A DNA stretch of 64,000 nucleotides from Rhodoferax sp. (GTDB taxonomy: Bacteria; Pseudomonadota; Gammaproteobacteria; Burkholderiales; Burkholderiaceae_C): the NCBI GenBank assembly GCA_031428695.1, contig JANOYE010000093.1:2700-66699 (forward strand). The letters are read 5' to 3'. Made by a program: the position numbers and the translations under genes. A model generated the notes under the pieces. The model was not told where the DNA came from and ran no database searches. It saw only the letters and a list, made by a program, of their open reading frames with translations. Below are positions 1 through 8,748 of this stretch, one piece after another (position 1 is the first letter of the stretch; the number at the start of each line of letters is the position of its first letter).

Positions 1-546
1 CCTGGACTGGACACCCAGGGCCAGCAAATGCCGGCCATCCTGCTGGTCAAACACCAGTCGCAGTACGAAACCTTTCTGCTGCCGCTGATCATGCCGCGCC
101 CGCTTGCCTACGTGTTCAAGAAGGAACTGCTGTATGTGCCGTTTTTCGGCTGGGGCATTGGCCTGCTGGACATGATCCACATCGACCGCAAACTCGGTAA
201 ACTTGCGTTTTCGAAAGTGGCCGAACAAGGCAAACGCCTGTTGGCCAGAGGCACCTGGATCATCATGTTTCCTGAAGGCACGCGCATACCACGCGGCAAG
301 GCGGGCCAGTACAAATCCGGCGGCACGCGTTTGGCCATCGAAACCGGGGCGCCAGTGGTTCCCATAGCGGTCACCTCGGCCAAGTGCTGGCCGCGCAAGG
401 CCTTCACCAAGCGGCCGGGCATCGTCGATGTGTCGATCGGCAAACCGATTTCAAGCCTGGGCCGAACGCCCGACGAATTGCTGACGGAAGTGCAAACCTG
501 GATCGAGTCCGAAATGCACCGGCTCGACCCAGAAGCCTACCGATGA
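1..546 (+). CDS. 1-acyl-sn-glycerol-3-phosphate acyltransferase (PlsC family), 5' end cut by window edge
   Basis: The frame is open from nt 1 (track ORF 28..546). Acyltransferase blocks KHQSQYET (HX4D/E-type) and FPEGTR are present, plus PVVPIAV. Confidence 0.8.
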   Translation, partial: PGLDTQGQQMPAILLVKHQSQYETFLLPLIMPRPLAYVFKKELLYVPFFGWGIGLLDMIHIDRKLGKLAFSKVAEQGKRLLARGTWIIMFPEGTRIPRGKAGQYKSGGTRLAIETGAPVVPIAVTSAKCWPRKAFTKRPGIVDVSIGKPISSLGRTPDELLTEVQTWIESEMHRLDPEAYR

Positions 547-1529
547 ACCCCCTGCGAAGCCTGCTGCAAATGACGCTGGACATGTTTGAGCCAGCGCCGG
601 AGAAAAGGCCGCCCAAAGCTGATTTGATTGGAAAACGTAAAGAAAATCGTCCTCCAAGTCACGTATTAATTGCACAATACGCTCCTGAAAATATAGCAAC
701 TGACAGCGGCTTTCGCGCCGAACCGTTGCAAGACGTGATGGCGCCAGCCAACTTTCGCCATCCCCGCGCCAACCGCGAATCCCGCTTGCGCGACGCGCTG
801 GTCGCTTACGAATTCAAGCGGGCCCGTCGCCGCACCATCGGGTTTCAGGTGGGTGCGGACGGCCTGGTTGTCAGCGCCCCCAACTGGGTTCCTCTCTATG
901 AGGTGGAGGCCGCGCTGCAGGAGAAAGCCGCTTGGGTGCTGAAAAAGCTCGACGAAACCCGCGTGCGCAAGGCGCAGCTCGACGCCAACCGCATTGAATG
1001 GCGCGATGGCACCAATTTGCCGTTTTTGGGAGAGCAAGTCATCGTGGTGCTCGACCCACGCCATGCGTTTGGCGATGTGGGCGCTGTGCTGCACACCGAT
1101 GAAGCTGCGCCCAACCTCACGCTGGCCGGTGTGCCACGCCTGACGCTGCATGTGGCTCTGCCGCACAACGCCTCGCCCACGCAGATTCGCGACGCCGTGC
1201 AGGCCTGGTTGATGCGCCAGGCAAAACGCGTGTTCATTGAGCGGCTCAACCACTACGGGCCGCTCCTAGGCGTGCAATGGAAAAAACTCTCCTTGAGCAG
1301 CGCTGGCACGCGATGGGGCAGCGCCAGCGCCGATGGTTCCATCCGCCTGAACTGGCGGCTCATTCATTTCAACCAGTCGGTGATCGACTACGTGGTGGCC
1401 CATGAGCTGAGCCATCTGCGCGTGATGGACCACAGCCCGCGATTTTGGGACACGGTGGCAACGGTCGTACCCGACTACGCCCACCTGCGCCACCAGCTCA
1501 AAGACGATTCATTGCCGCGTTGGAACTGA
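543..1529 (+). CDS. YgjP-like DUF45/M48-fold zinc metallohydrolase; start uncertain (ATG 543 or ATG 738)
   Basis: C-terminal HELSHLRVMDHSPRFW (HExxH) is typical of YgjP/DUF45. ATG 543 overlaps the plsC stop as ATGA. The first ~65 codons are AT-rich and carry repeat copy E, so ATG 738 (MAPANFRH) is an alternative start. Confidence 0.75.
   Translation: MNPLRSLLQMTLDMFEPAPEKRPPKADLIGKRKENRPPSHVLIAQYAPENIATDSGFRAEPLQDVMAPANFRHPRANRESRLRDALVAYEFKRARRRTIGFQVGADGLVVSAPNWVPLYEVEAALQEKAAWVLKKLDETRVRKAQLDANRIEWRDGTNLPFLGEQVIVVLDPRHAFGDVGAVLHTDEAAPNLTLAGVPRLTLHVALPHNASPTQIRDAVQAWLMRQAKRVFIERLNHYGPLLGVQWKKLSLSSAGTRWGSASADGSIRLNWRLIHFNQSVIDYVVAHELSHLRVMDHSPRFWDTVATVVPDYAHLRHQLKDDSLPRWN
655..699 (+). repeat. 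45-bp AT-rich composite motif, copy E
   Basis: CAAGTCACGT-N16-GCTCCTGAAAATA-TAGCAA. It aligns column for column with the eight other copies (see findings). Confidence 0.7.
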
Positions 1530-1530
1530 C

Positions 1531-2628
1531 ATGTCGCGGCGGCGCTACCTGTGGAACTTCCTTGTCGGCCTGGCGCTTGCCGCACATGCACCCTTGGCGT
1601 TTGCTCAGGAAAAGCAGTGGGAGCGCGCGTTTGATGTTATTTACGAAACGCAGTGGCAACAGTCTGGTATTTTGGATGGCGTAAAGCGTTGGCCAGCGCG
1701 TCAGGACAAGGTTTTGACGTTCACCATCAACGTCGGCGCGAGTTCGTCGAATGCTGATCGCGCGCGCAGCGCCTTGGCGCGTGTGCTGGCGGTTCTGGAC
1801 ATGACGACACGTGAATTGGTGGCGGGTGATGAAACCGCGCAAATCCAGTTCGACATCCGCCGTTTTGCGCCAGAAGAGCTGCTCCAGCATGCCTGTTACG
1901 CGCAATCGACCTCAAGCGGCGGTCAGCTCAGCCGAGTCAAGCTGGTGCTCAATGAGCCGTCGACCTATTGGTGCGTGCTGCACGAGTTGATGCATGCCAT
2001 GGGGCTTCCGGGCCATCCGCAGGGCGATACTGTGTTGAGCTACTTTGAGGGCAACCGGCTGTCATTGAAGCCAATTGACGAATTTCTGCTCAGGGCCTGG
2101 TACACCGACGGCATCAAGCCGGGCATGTCGCCGCTGGTCGCCGTGCGGATCATCAACCGCATGTGGATCGAGCAATCTCTGGCGCCGCAAGAGCAGGCCA
2201 GGGCGGCGTTGGTGGAGCGGCAATGGTACGAACGGACAATTGCTGGTTTGGAGGCCTTTGCCAATGGCGCGGGTGAGCCGCCATTGATTTTGTTTCGTTC
2301 CGGAAAGCTCAATGCGACGGGCATGAAAATGGGCCAGATGAACGTGCAGTCGATACTCGGATTTTCGTACTTTAACGGCCTGTCCGTGGCGCAAGACCGC
2401 ATCAAAGGCGCAGGTTATATGCTGAAGGCGGCCCAAAATGGCAACCGCAATGCGGTTGCCAATCTGTTGCGGGTGTTGGCCATCGCGGATTTACCAGTCG
2501 AGGTGTCAGCGACCCTGTGTAAGTGGTTCGCAACGGCAGCTGTCGAAGAAACCGGCCTGACCAAACCTGCGCAGGATCAGGCGTTGGCCTCAGCAGCATG
2601 CAAGCCAGGCACCGACTCAAACCGGTAG
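1531..2628 (+). CDS. Secreted putative zinc metalloprotease with C-terminal Sel1-like repeats
   Basis: N-terminal signal peptide (LALAAHAPLAFAQE). Zincin/metzincin-like HELMHAMGLPGH. C-terminal Sel1-like segment GFSYFNGLSVAQDRIKGAGYMLKAAQNGNRNAVANL. Confidence 0.6.
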   Translation: MSRRRYLWNFLVGLALAAHAPLAFAQEKQWERAFDVIYETQWQQSGILDGVKRWPARQDKVLTFTINVGASSSNADRARSALARVLAVLDMTTRELVAGDETAQIQFDIRRFAPEELLQHACYAQSTSSGGQLSRVKLVLNEPSTYWCVLHELMHAMGLPGHPQGDTVLSYFEGNRLSLKPIDEFLLRAWYTDGIKPGMSPLVAVRIINRMWIEQSLAPQEQARAALVERQWYERTIAGLEAFANGAGEPPLILFRSGKLNATGMKMGQMNVQSILGFSYFNGLSVAQDRIKGAGYMLKAAQNGNRNAVANLLRVLAIADLPVEVSATLCKWFATAAVEETGLTKPAQDQALASAACKPGTDSNR

Positions 2629-3698
2629 ACGCCGCCAGAATCGCGCTTGCGGGCAAGTTTTCCCTCAAACCACAACTTGTGCAGATGCGCCACCGCCTCG
2701 CCCAGGGCGAAAGTCATCTGGTGCAAATCCAACTCTCGTTTGAACATCACCGGCACGACATCGGCCGCGCTGGCGGATGTGTTGGCGCACAGGTCGATCA
2801 CCTCGGCCAGCCGCGCGGTATGGTGCAGGTGAAGTTGCTCGATGCGCCGGTGCAGCCCGGTGAACGGTTTGCCGTGGGCGGGCAGCGTCAAGGTGTCGGG
2901 GGGCAAGCGCCTGAACTTGTCGATGGAGTCGAGAAACTGCGTCAGCGGGTTGGACTCAGGCTCGTTGTCGTGCACGCTCACATTGGTGGAAATGCGCGGC
3001 AGCATCATGTCGCCGCCAATCAGCACTTGGAGGTCAGGGCAATACAGCGCGATGTGCTCCGGCGCGTGGCCATAACCGCTGATGCATTGCCAGGCGCGCC
3101 CGCCAATCTGGATTGAATCGCCATCTTGCATGCGGCGAAAACTGCGCGGCATGGTCGGCACCAGGTTGGTGAAGTAGTTGGTGCGGGCGCGGATTTGCGC
3201 CAGGTGATCGGGGCTACTCATGCCGTGGGCGGCGAAAAATTCTGCCGCATGGCCACCACCACCAAAATTCATCGGCATCACCGAGGCCATCTGCGCCACG
3301 CCAAAATCCGTCGCGCTGATCCACAGGCGGCAGGTGTGCGCCGGCGTGCTCCAGCGCTCGCAAAGCCAGCCGGCCAGGCCGATGTGGTCCGGGTGCATGT
3401 GGGTGCAGATCACGCGCAGGATGGGAAGCCCCTCCAGCTCGCGCTCAAAAATTTGCCGCCATTGGGCGCGCGACTCTTCCTGGGAAATGCAGGTGTCAAC
3501 CACCGTCCAACCCTGGAGTTTGCCGCCGCCGCTGGCGCTTTCCAACTCATCGCGAATCAGCCAAAGGTTGATGTGGTTCAGCGCAAAGGGTAGGCCCATG
3601 CGAATCCATTTGATGCCGTCTGCCACACCAAGCGTTGTGCCCAGCTCGGGCAACGTGTCGCCCAATGGGTAGTGAAGCTCTCGTTCGAGTTCGTTCAT
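2577..3698 (-). CDS. MBL-fold metallo-hydrolase
   Basis: HxHxDH motif (CTHMHPDHIGL). The start is placed at ATG 3698 (MNELEREL) because the 52 upstream codons of track ORF 2577..3854 run across the liuR operator region. Confidence 0.8.
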   Translation of the reverse strand: MNELERELHYPLGDTLPELGTTLGVADGIKWIRMGLPFALNHINLWLIRDELESASGGGKLQGWTVVDTCISQEESRAQWRQIFERELEGLPILRVICTHMHPDHIGLAGWLCERWSTPAHTCRLWISATDFGVAQMASVMPMNFGGGGHAAEFFAAHGMSSPDHLAQIRARTNYFTNLVPTMPRSFRRMQDGDSIQIGGRAWQCISGYGHAPEHIALYCPDLQVLIGGDMMLPRISTNVSVHDNEPESNPLTQFLDSIDKFRRLPPDTLTLPAHGKPFTGLHRRIEQLHLHHTARLAEVIDLCANTSASAADVVPVMFKRELDLHQMTFALGEAVAHLHKLWFEGKLARKRDSGGVYRFESVPGLHAAEANA

Positions 3699-3747
3699 TG
3701 GGGGGAGTCTTTTTGGCGAGCGGTTTTGACTGATAATTCGGCTTGAG

Positions 3748-3769
3748 TTGACGTTTACGTAAACGTCAA
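3748..3769. promoter_or_regulatory. Candidate LiuR (MerR-family) operator
   Basis: Perfect 22-bp palindrome TTGACGTTTAC|GTAAACGTCAA in the divergent MBL/liuR intergenic region. Confidence 0.6.
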
Positions 3770-3841
3770 CTGACCAACCCATTGTAGAGGCGGCTGGCTT
3801 TGGACCCTGTCGCCAATTTGCCGCCCACTTCCACCCGCCAC

Positions 3842-4270
3842 ATGAGCACTGCAACTTTCACCATCAGCGATTTGGCGCGGGAATTCGACCTCACCACCCG
3901 GGCCATCCGGTTCTACGAGGATATGGGCCTGTTGGAGCCGGTGCGCACCGGCCCTGGCGGGCGCAGCCGCATCTACAGCGGGCGAGATCGCACGCGGCTG
4001 AAGCTGACGTTGCGGGCAAAACGCCTCGGGCTGTCGCTCACCGAGGCCAAAGACATCATTGACATGTACGACAGCCCGCGAGACACCGGCGCGCAACTGA
4101 AGAAATTTCTCGCCGTGCTGGCCGCGCACCGGGCGCAAATCGAAGAACAATTGGCGGAATTGCAGGCCAATCTCGAAGAAGTGAAAACCCACGAGAAAGA
4201 GGCCCGCGCGCTGCTCCTAAAAATTGGAAAATCAGACAACGACCTTGCTCTGAAAAAGGAATCAACATGA
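3842..4270 (+). CDS. liuR: MerR-family transcriptional regulator LiuR
   Basis: N-terminal MerR HTH ([26 protein letters not shown]) and a coiled-coil C-terminus. It lies immediately upstream of isovaleryl-CoA dehydrogenase with a 4-nt ATGA overlap. Confidence 0.8.
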   Translation: MSTATFTISDLAREFDLTTRAIRFYEDMGLLEPVRTGPGGRSRIYSGRDRTRLKLTLRAKRLGLSLTEAKDIIDMYDSPRDTGAQLKKFLAVLAAHRAQIEEQLAELQANLEEVKTHEKEARALLLKIGKSDNDLALKKEST

Positions 4271-5526
4271 ACCTGCCCGGCCTTGACTTCCAGCTCGGCG
4301 ACGACATCAACGCGCTGCGCGACGCTGTGCGCGAATTCGCGCAGATTGAGATCGCACCGCGCGCCGCCGACATCGACAAAAACGACCAGTTCCCTATGGA
4401 CGTGTGGCGCAAGCTCGGGGATTTGGGCGTGCTCGGCATTACGGTGGCCGAAGAGTACGGCGGTGCGGGCATGGGGTACCTTGCTCACATGATCGCCATG
4501 GAGGAAATCTCCCGCGCGTCCGCCTCAGTGGGCCTGTCTTACGGCGCCCACAGCAACCTGTGTGTGAACCAGATCAACCGCAATGGCACCGAGGCGCAGA
4601 GGCGCAAATACCTGCCCAAACTGATCAGCGGAGAGCATGTCGGCGCATTGGCCATGAGCGAGCCGGGCGCGGGCAGCGATGTCATCAGCATGAAACTCAA
4701 AGCGGAAGACAAAGGCGGCTACTTCCTGCTCAATGGCAGCAAGATGTGGATCACCAACGGCCCGGACGCCGACACTTTGGTCGTCTACGCCAAGAGCGAA
4801 CCTGAGGATGGCCCCCACGCTTCGCGCTTCGCGTCTTCGCTGCCCCCCGAGGGGGCTGTTTCGGCTCGGGGCGGCCCAGCGCCGAAACGCGGCGCCAATC
4901 ACATTACCGCCTTCCTGATCGAAAAGGGGATGAAGGGTTTCAGCGTCGCGCAAAAGCTGGACAAACTCGGCATGCGCGGCAGCCACACTGGCGAGCTGGT
5001 GTTCAACAACGTCGAGGTGCCGGCGCAAAATGTGTTGGGCGGCCTCAACAATGGCGCCAAGGTGCTGATGAGCGGGCTCGACTACGAACGCGCCGTGCTC
5101 ACCGGTGGGCCGCTGGGGATCATGCAGTCGGTGATGGACAACATCATCCCGTACATCCATGACCGCAAACAGTTTGGCCAAAGCATCGGCGAGTTTCAGC
5201 TGATCCAGGGCAAAGTGGCTGACATGTACACCGTGCTGCAGGCCGGGCGCTCATTCGCTTATACGGTGGCGAAAAACCTCGACATGCTGGGCGCTGAACA
5301 TGTGCGCCGCGTGCGCAAGGACTGCGCTTCCGTCATTCTCTGGACAGCCGAAAAAGCCACCTGGATGGCCGGCGAAGGCGTGCAGATTTTCGGCGGCAAC
5401 GGCTACATCAACGACTACCCGCTGGGCCGCCTGTGGCGCGACGCCAAGTTGTATGAGATTGGCGCTGGCACCAGTGAAATTCGCCGCATGTTGATCGGGC
5501 GGGAATTATTTGCTGAAACGATGTAG
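4267..5526 (+). CDS. liuA: Isovaleryl-CoA dehydrogenase, carrying a ~27-aa in-frame insertion
   Basis: Full-length acyl-CoA dehydrogenase similarity with IVD-type blocks ([44 protein letters not shown]). liu gene context. Confidence 0.9.
   Translation: MNLPGLDFQLGDDINALRDAVREFAQIEIAPRAADIDKNDQFPMDVWRKLGDLGVLGITVAEEYGGAGMGYLAHMIAMEEISRASASVGLSYGAHSNLCVNQINRNGTEAQRRKYLPKLISGEHVGALAMSEPGAGSDVISMKLKAEDKGGYFLLNGSKMWITNGPDADTLVVYAKSEPEDGPHASRFASSLPPEGAVSARGGPAPKRGANHITAFLIEKGMKGFSVAQKLDKLGMRGSHTGELVFNNVEVPAQNVLGGLNNGAKVLMSGLDYERAVLTGGPLGIMQSVMDNIIPYIHDRKQFGQSIGEFQLIQGKVADMYTVLQAGRSFAYTVAKNLDMLGAEHVRRVRKDCASVILWTAEKATWMAGEGVQIFGGNGYINDYPLGRLWRDAKLYEIGAGTSEIRRMLIGRELFAETM
4813..4893 (+). repeat. GC-rich hairpin-containing (REP-like) 81-bp in-frame insertion inside liuA
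   Basis: Tandem CGCTTCG heptamers. Hairpin GCCCCC-cga-GGGGGC (4842-4856). Hairpin GTTTCGGC-N15-GCCGAAAC (4858-4888). Encodes [27 protein letters not shown], which is absent from the canonical IVD YAK...GITAF loop. Confidence 0.5.
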
Positions 5527-5538
5527 ATGCGGCCAGCC

Positions 5539-5562
5539 TATAATGATCACATTGTAATTACA
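5539..5562 (+). promoter_or_regulatory. Putative mazEF promoter -10 box plus operator palindrome
   Basis: TATAAT at 5539-5544 and the 10-bp palindrome TGTAATTACA at 5553-5562, directly upstream of mazE. Confidence 0.4.
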
Positions 5563-5572
5563 TCGCCAATCC

Positions 5573-5815
5573 ATGCAAACACATATCGTCCCCATCGGCA
5601 ACTCGCTCGGCTTGCGGTTGCCTAAGGCGGTGCTTGAGTCGCTGCATCTCGTTCGCGCATCGGCGCTGAGCATCCAGGTGCGCGCTGACAGCATCGTGCT
5701 CAGGCCGCTCAAGTCGCCGAGGAAAAATTGGGCTGAAGCCTTTGCCGCCGAACCTGCAGCCGAGGGTGAAAACCTCTGGGGCGATATGCCCTTGGCCGAA
5801 GCCTGGGACGAATAA
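5573..5815 (+). CDS. mazE: AbrB/MazE/SpoVT-family antitoxin
   Basis: MQTHIVPIGNSLGLRLPKAVLESL swapped-hairpin motif. It lies 2 nt upstream of a PemK/MazF toxin gene. Confidence 0.8.
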   Translation: MQTHIVPIGNSLGLRLPKAVLESLHLVRASALSIQVRADSIVLRPLKSPRKNWAEAFAAEPAAEGENLWGDMPLAEAWDE

Positions 5816-5817
5816 GC

Positions 5818-6162
5818 ATGGCGACGCGGCCGGCGGCAGAGCGAAGTTTCCCCCGCCAGGGCGAGGTTTGGTGGGTCAACCTTGACCCAGCCGTGGGCAA
5901 GGAGATCAGCAAAAGGCGGCCCTGCCTGATCGTGTCGCCTGACGACATGAATGAACACCTGGCCACCGTGATCGCAGCGCCCATCACCAGCACCCTGCGA
6001 GAGTGGCCGACCCGCGTGAAAATCCGGCTGCAACGGCAAACCAGCTCGATCGCCCTGGATCAAATGCGGTCTGTTGACCGCGCCAGACTGGTCAAAAAAA
6101 TGACGGCCATCGACCCTGAACCCACGCTTGAAGTGCTGCGTGAAATGTTTGAAAAACCATGA
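5818..6162 (+). CDS. mazF: PemK/MazF-family endoribonuclease toxin
   Basis: GEVWWVNLDPAVGKEISKRRPCLIVSPDDMN and ITS..REWPTRV blocks typical of MazF/PemK. Confidence 0.85.
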   Translation: MATRPAAERSFPRQGEVWWVNLDPAVGKEISKRRPCLIVSPDDMNEHLATVIAAPITSTLREWPTRVKIRLQRQTSSIALDQMRSVDRARLVKKMTAIDPEPTLEVLREMFEKP

Positions 6163-6818
6163 CCAACTCGATCCAAAACCTCTTTGACCACAACCGTGCC
6201 TGGGCCAGCGCCATAGCGCGCGAGCGCCCCGGCTTTTTCACCAACCTGAAGAACCAGCAGTCGCCCAAATACATGTGGATTGGCTGCTCAGACAGCCGCG
6301 TGCCGGCCAACCAGATTACTGGGCTTGAGCCGGGCGAAGTGTTCGTGCACCGCAACGTGGCGAACATCGTGGTGCATTCGGATTTGAACGCGCTCTCAAC
6401 GATTCAATTTGCGGTGGAGCGCCTCAAAGTGCAGCATGTGATGGTGGTGGGCCACTTCGGCTGTTCGGGTGTGCAGGCGGCCCTTGAAGGCGCGCGCATT
6501 GGGCTGGCTGACAACTGGCTGCGCCACATCCAAGACGTGCGGGATCGCCATCGTGGGTTGATCGAATCGTTGCCTGAAACCGTGCGGCACGATGCGCTGG
6601 TGAAACTCAATGTGATCGAGCAGGTGGTGCATGTGGCGCAAAGCACGGTGTTGCAAGACGCTTGGAGCCGAGGGCAAGTGGTGACGCTGCACGGCTGGGT
6701 GTACGGTGTGCATGACGGTTTGCTGCAAGACCTGGAAATGTCAGTTGCTGGGCTGGATTCCCTGGATGGCCAATATCTCAAAGCTGTTGAGGCTGTAAGT
6801 CTCGTAAAACCTGCGTAA
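6159..6818 (+). CDS. can: Beta-class carbonic anhydrase
   Basis: WIGCSDSRVPANQITGLEPGEVFVHRNVANIV and VVGHFGCSGV zinc-ligand blocks, collinear with E. coli Can. Confidence 0.9.
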   Translation: MTNSIQNLFDHNRAWASAIARERPGFFTNLKNQQSPKYMWIGCSDSRVPANQITGLEPGEVFVHRNVANIVVHSDLNALSTIQFAVERLKVQHVMVVGHFGCSGVQAALEGARIGLADNWLRHIQDVRDRHRGLIESLPETVRHDALVKLNVIEQVVHVAQSTVLQDAWSRGQVVTLHGWVYGVHDGLLQDLEMSVAGLDSLDGQYLKAVEAVSLVKPA

Positions 6819-6840
6819 TCAGCTTCAATAAACATAGCAA
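6796..6840 (+). repeat. 45-bp AT-rich composite motif, copy I (spans the can stop codon)
   Basis: TAAGTCTCGT-N16-GCTTCAATAAACA-TAGCAA. The first 14 nt after the initial base are identical to copy H. Confidence 0.7.
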
Positions 6841-6852
6841 CTTCCAGTCACC

Positions 6853-8748
6853 ATGGCCACCAGCATGTTCCCCCAGCGGCTTGATTCAAGCCTGGCCTAT
6901 GACATCGCCAAAGCGATGATGGACGGCTTCAACCGCCACTACCGCTTGTTCCGCACCGAATCCGCGCGCGCCAAACACCGCTATGAAGTGGCAGATTGGC
7001 ACGGCCAGCAACGCGCCCAGCGCGAGAGAATCGAGTTTTACGACCTGCGTGTCAAAGAGTGCTCGACCCGGCTGGAGCGCGAATTCAAAGCCGACGACCA
7101 GCCGATGGACATCTGGCAACAAGTCAAGCTGCATTACATTGGCCTCTTGGTGAACCACCACCAGCCGGAATTGGCTGAGACGTTTTTCAATTCGGTCACC
7201 ACCAAAATCTTGCACCGCACGCACTTTCACAACGACTTCATCTTTGTGCGCCCGGCGGTCAGCACCGAATACATCGAGAACGGCGAACCCGAGGCCCGCC
7301 CCACTTACCGCGCCTAATACCCAACGCGCGAGACCATGCAGCCGGTGATCACCCAATTGGTGCGCGATTTCGACCTGCGGGTTGAGTTTGAAGACCTGGA
7401 GCGCGATGCCGACTTTGTCGTAACTGCGATGGGCGCGCGCCTGCAGAACGCGACGGTGCGCGCCAATTTCCAGATCCAGGTATTAACCAGCCTCTTCTTT
7501 CGCAACAAGGGCGCCTATGTGGTGGGCAAGCTGATCAACGGGTTCAACGAGTTTCCGTTCGCGCTGCCAATCCTGCACATCGAGCAAGATGATGAGGCGC
7601 TTCCCCGCTTGGTGATCGACGCCGCGCTGTTTGGCGAAGACGATCTGCTCATGTTGTTCAGTTTCGCCCGTGCCTACTTCATGGTGGACATGGAGATTCC
7701 TTCGGCCTACGTGCAGTTTCTGCGCAGCATGATGCCGCGCAAGCCGCGCAACGAAATTTACAGCGCGTTGGGGCTGCAAAAGCAGGGCAAGACGCTGTTC
7801 TACCGCGATTTCCTGCACCACCTGCGCCATTCGAGCGACCAATTTCGCATTGCCCCTGGCATCAAGGGCATGGTGATGCTGGTGTTTGATTTGCCGTCTT
7901 TCCCCTATGTGTTCAAGGTCATCAAAGACTTTTATCCACCGCAAAAAGACACAACGCGCGAGCAGATCCAGGGCAAATAATTACTGTTCTAACAGCACGA
8001 CCGCGTAGGCCGCATGGCCGACACACTCGAATACAGCGAGGTGGCCTTCCCGCGCGAACGTTTTGAAGACGAGTTGATTGAGGAGATCAAGAAGTTCGCT
8101 CCGAGCCAGCTTGAAATCAGCGACCGGGACGCTGATGGCCGCGTCGAGGTGATCATCAAACACGTCTACATCGAGCGGCGCATGATTCCGCTGAACATCT
8201 ATTTGCAGGAAGCCTTTGACGCCGGTGGTGCAAAGCTGCACTCGCCCGGCGCCGAGTCAGACACAACGGCTGAGCCGGCGCCCGAAACGACACGTGCGCG
8301 CGAGCAGATCGAACGCGGCGTCATCGAATACGGCAACGCCATCAAAGACCTTGTCGCCGCCAACATCTTCCCCGGCGACATGTTGTGGAAAAACTTCGGC
8401 ATCACGCGCCATGGCAAGGTGGTGTTTTACGACTACGACGAGATCGAATACATCACTGACTGCAACTTCCGCAAGGTGCCCGAGCCGCGCAACGAAGAAG
8501 ACGAAATGAGCGGCGAAGTTTGGTACAAAGTCGGCCCCAAAGACGTGTTCCCCGAAACCTTCGGGCCTTTCTTGCTGGGCAACCCGGCAGTGCGTGGCGT
8601 CTTCATGAAACACCACGCTGATTTGCTGGAGGCCGCTTTCTGGCAGGGCCACAAAGAGCGCATTCAGGCCGGGCACGTGTTTGACGTGTTCCCCTACGAG
8701 CAGGAAAAGCGGTTTGCGCGGGGTCCGACCGCCGGGGTGCCCGCATGA
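6853..8748 (+). pseudogene. aceK: Isocitrate dehydrogenase kinase/phosphatase interrupted by three in-frame TAA codons
   Basis: Three collinear frame-1 ORFs (6853..7317, 7336..7980, 8014..8748) together cover full-length AceK ([83 protein letters not shown]). They are separated only by TAA at 7315-7317, 7978-7980 and 7990-7992, with no frameshift. Confidence 0.85.

Noticed and set aside
4213-4225. GCTCCTAAAAATT at the liuR 3' end, resembling the middle block of motif copies E and H
   Set aside because: There is no AAGTC...CG 26 nt upstream and no TAGC 13 nt downstream. Isolated similarity only.
7975-7995. Possible tenth copy of the 45-bp motif in the AT-shifted aceK patch
   Set aside because: Neither strand aligns to AAGTCWCG-N17-GCT at the required spacing. 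It is treated as an independent anomaly.
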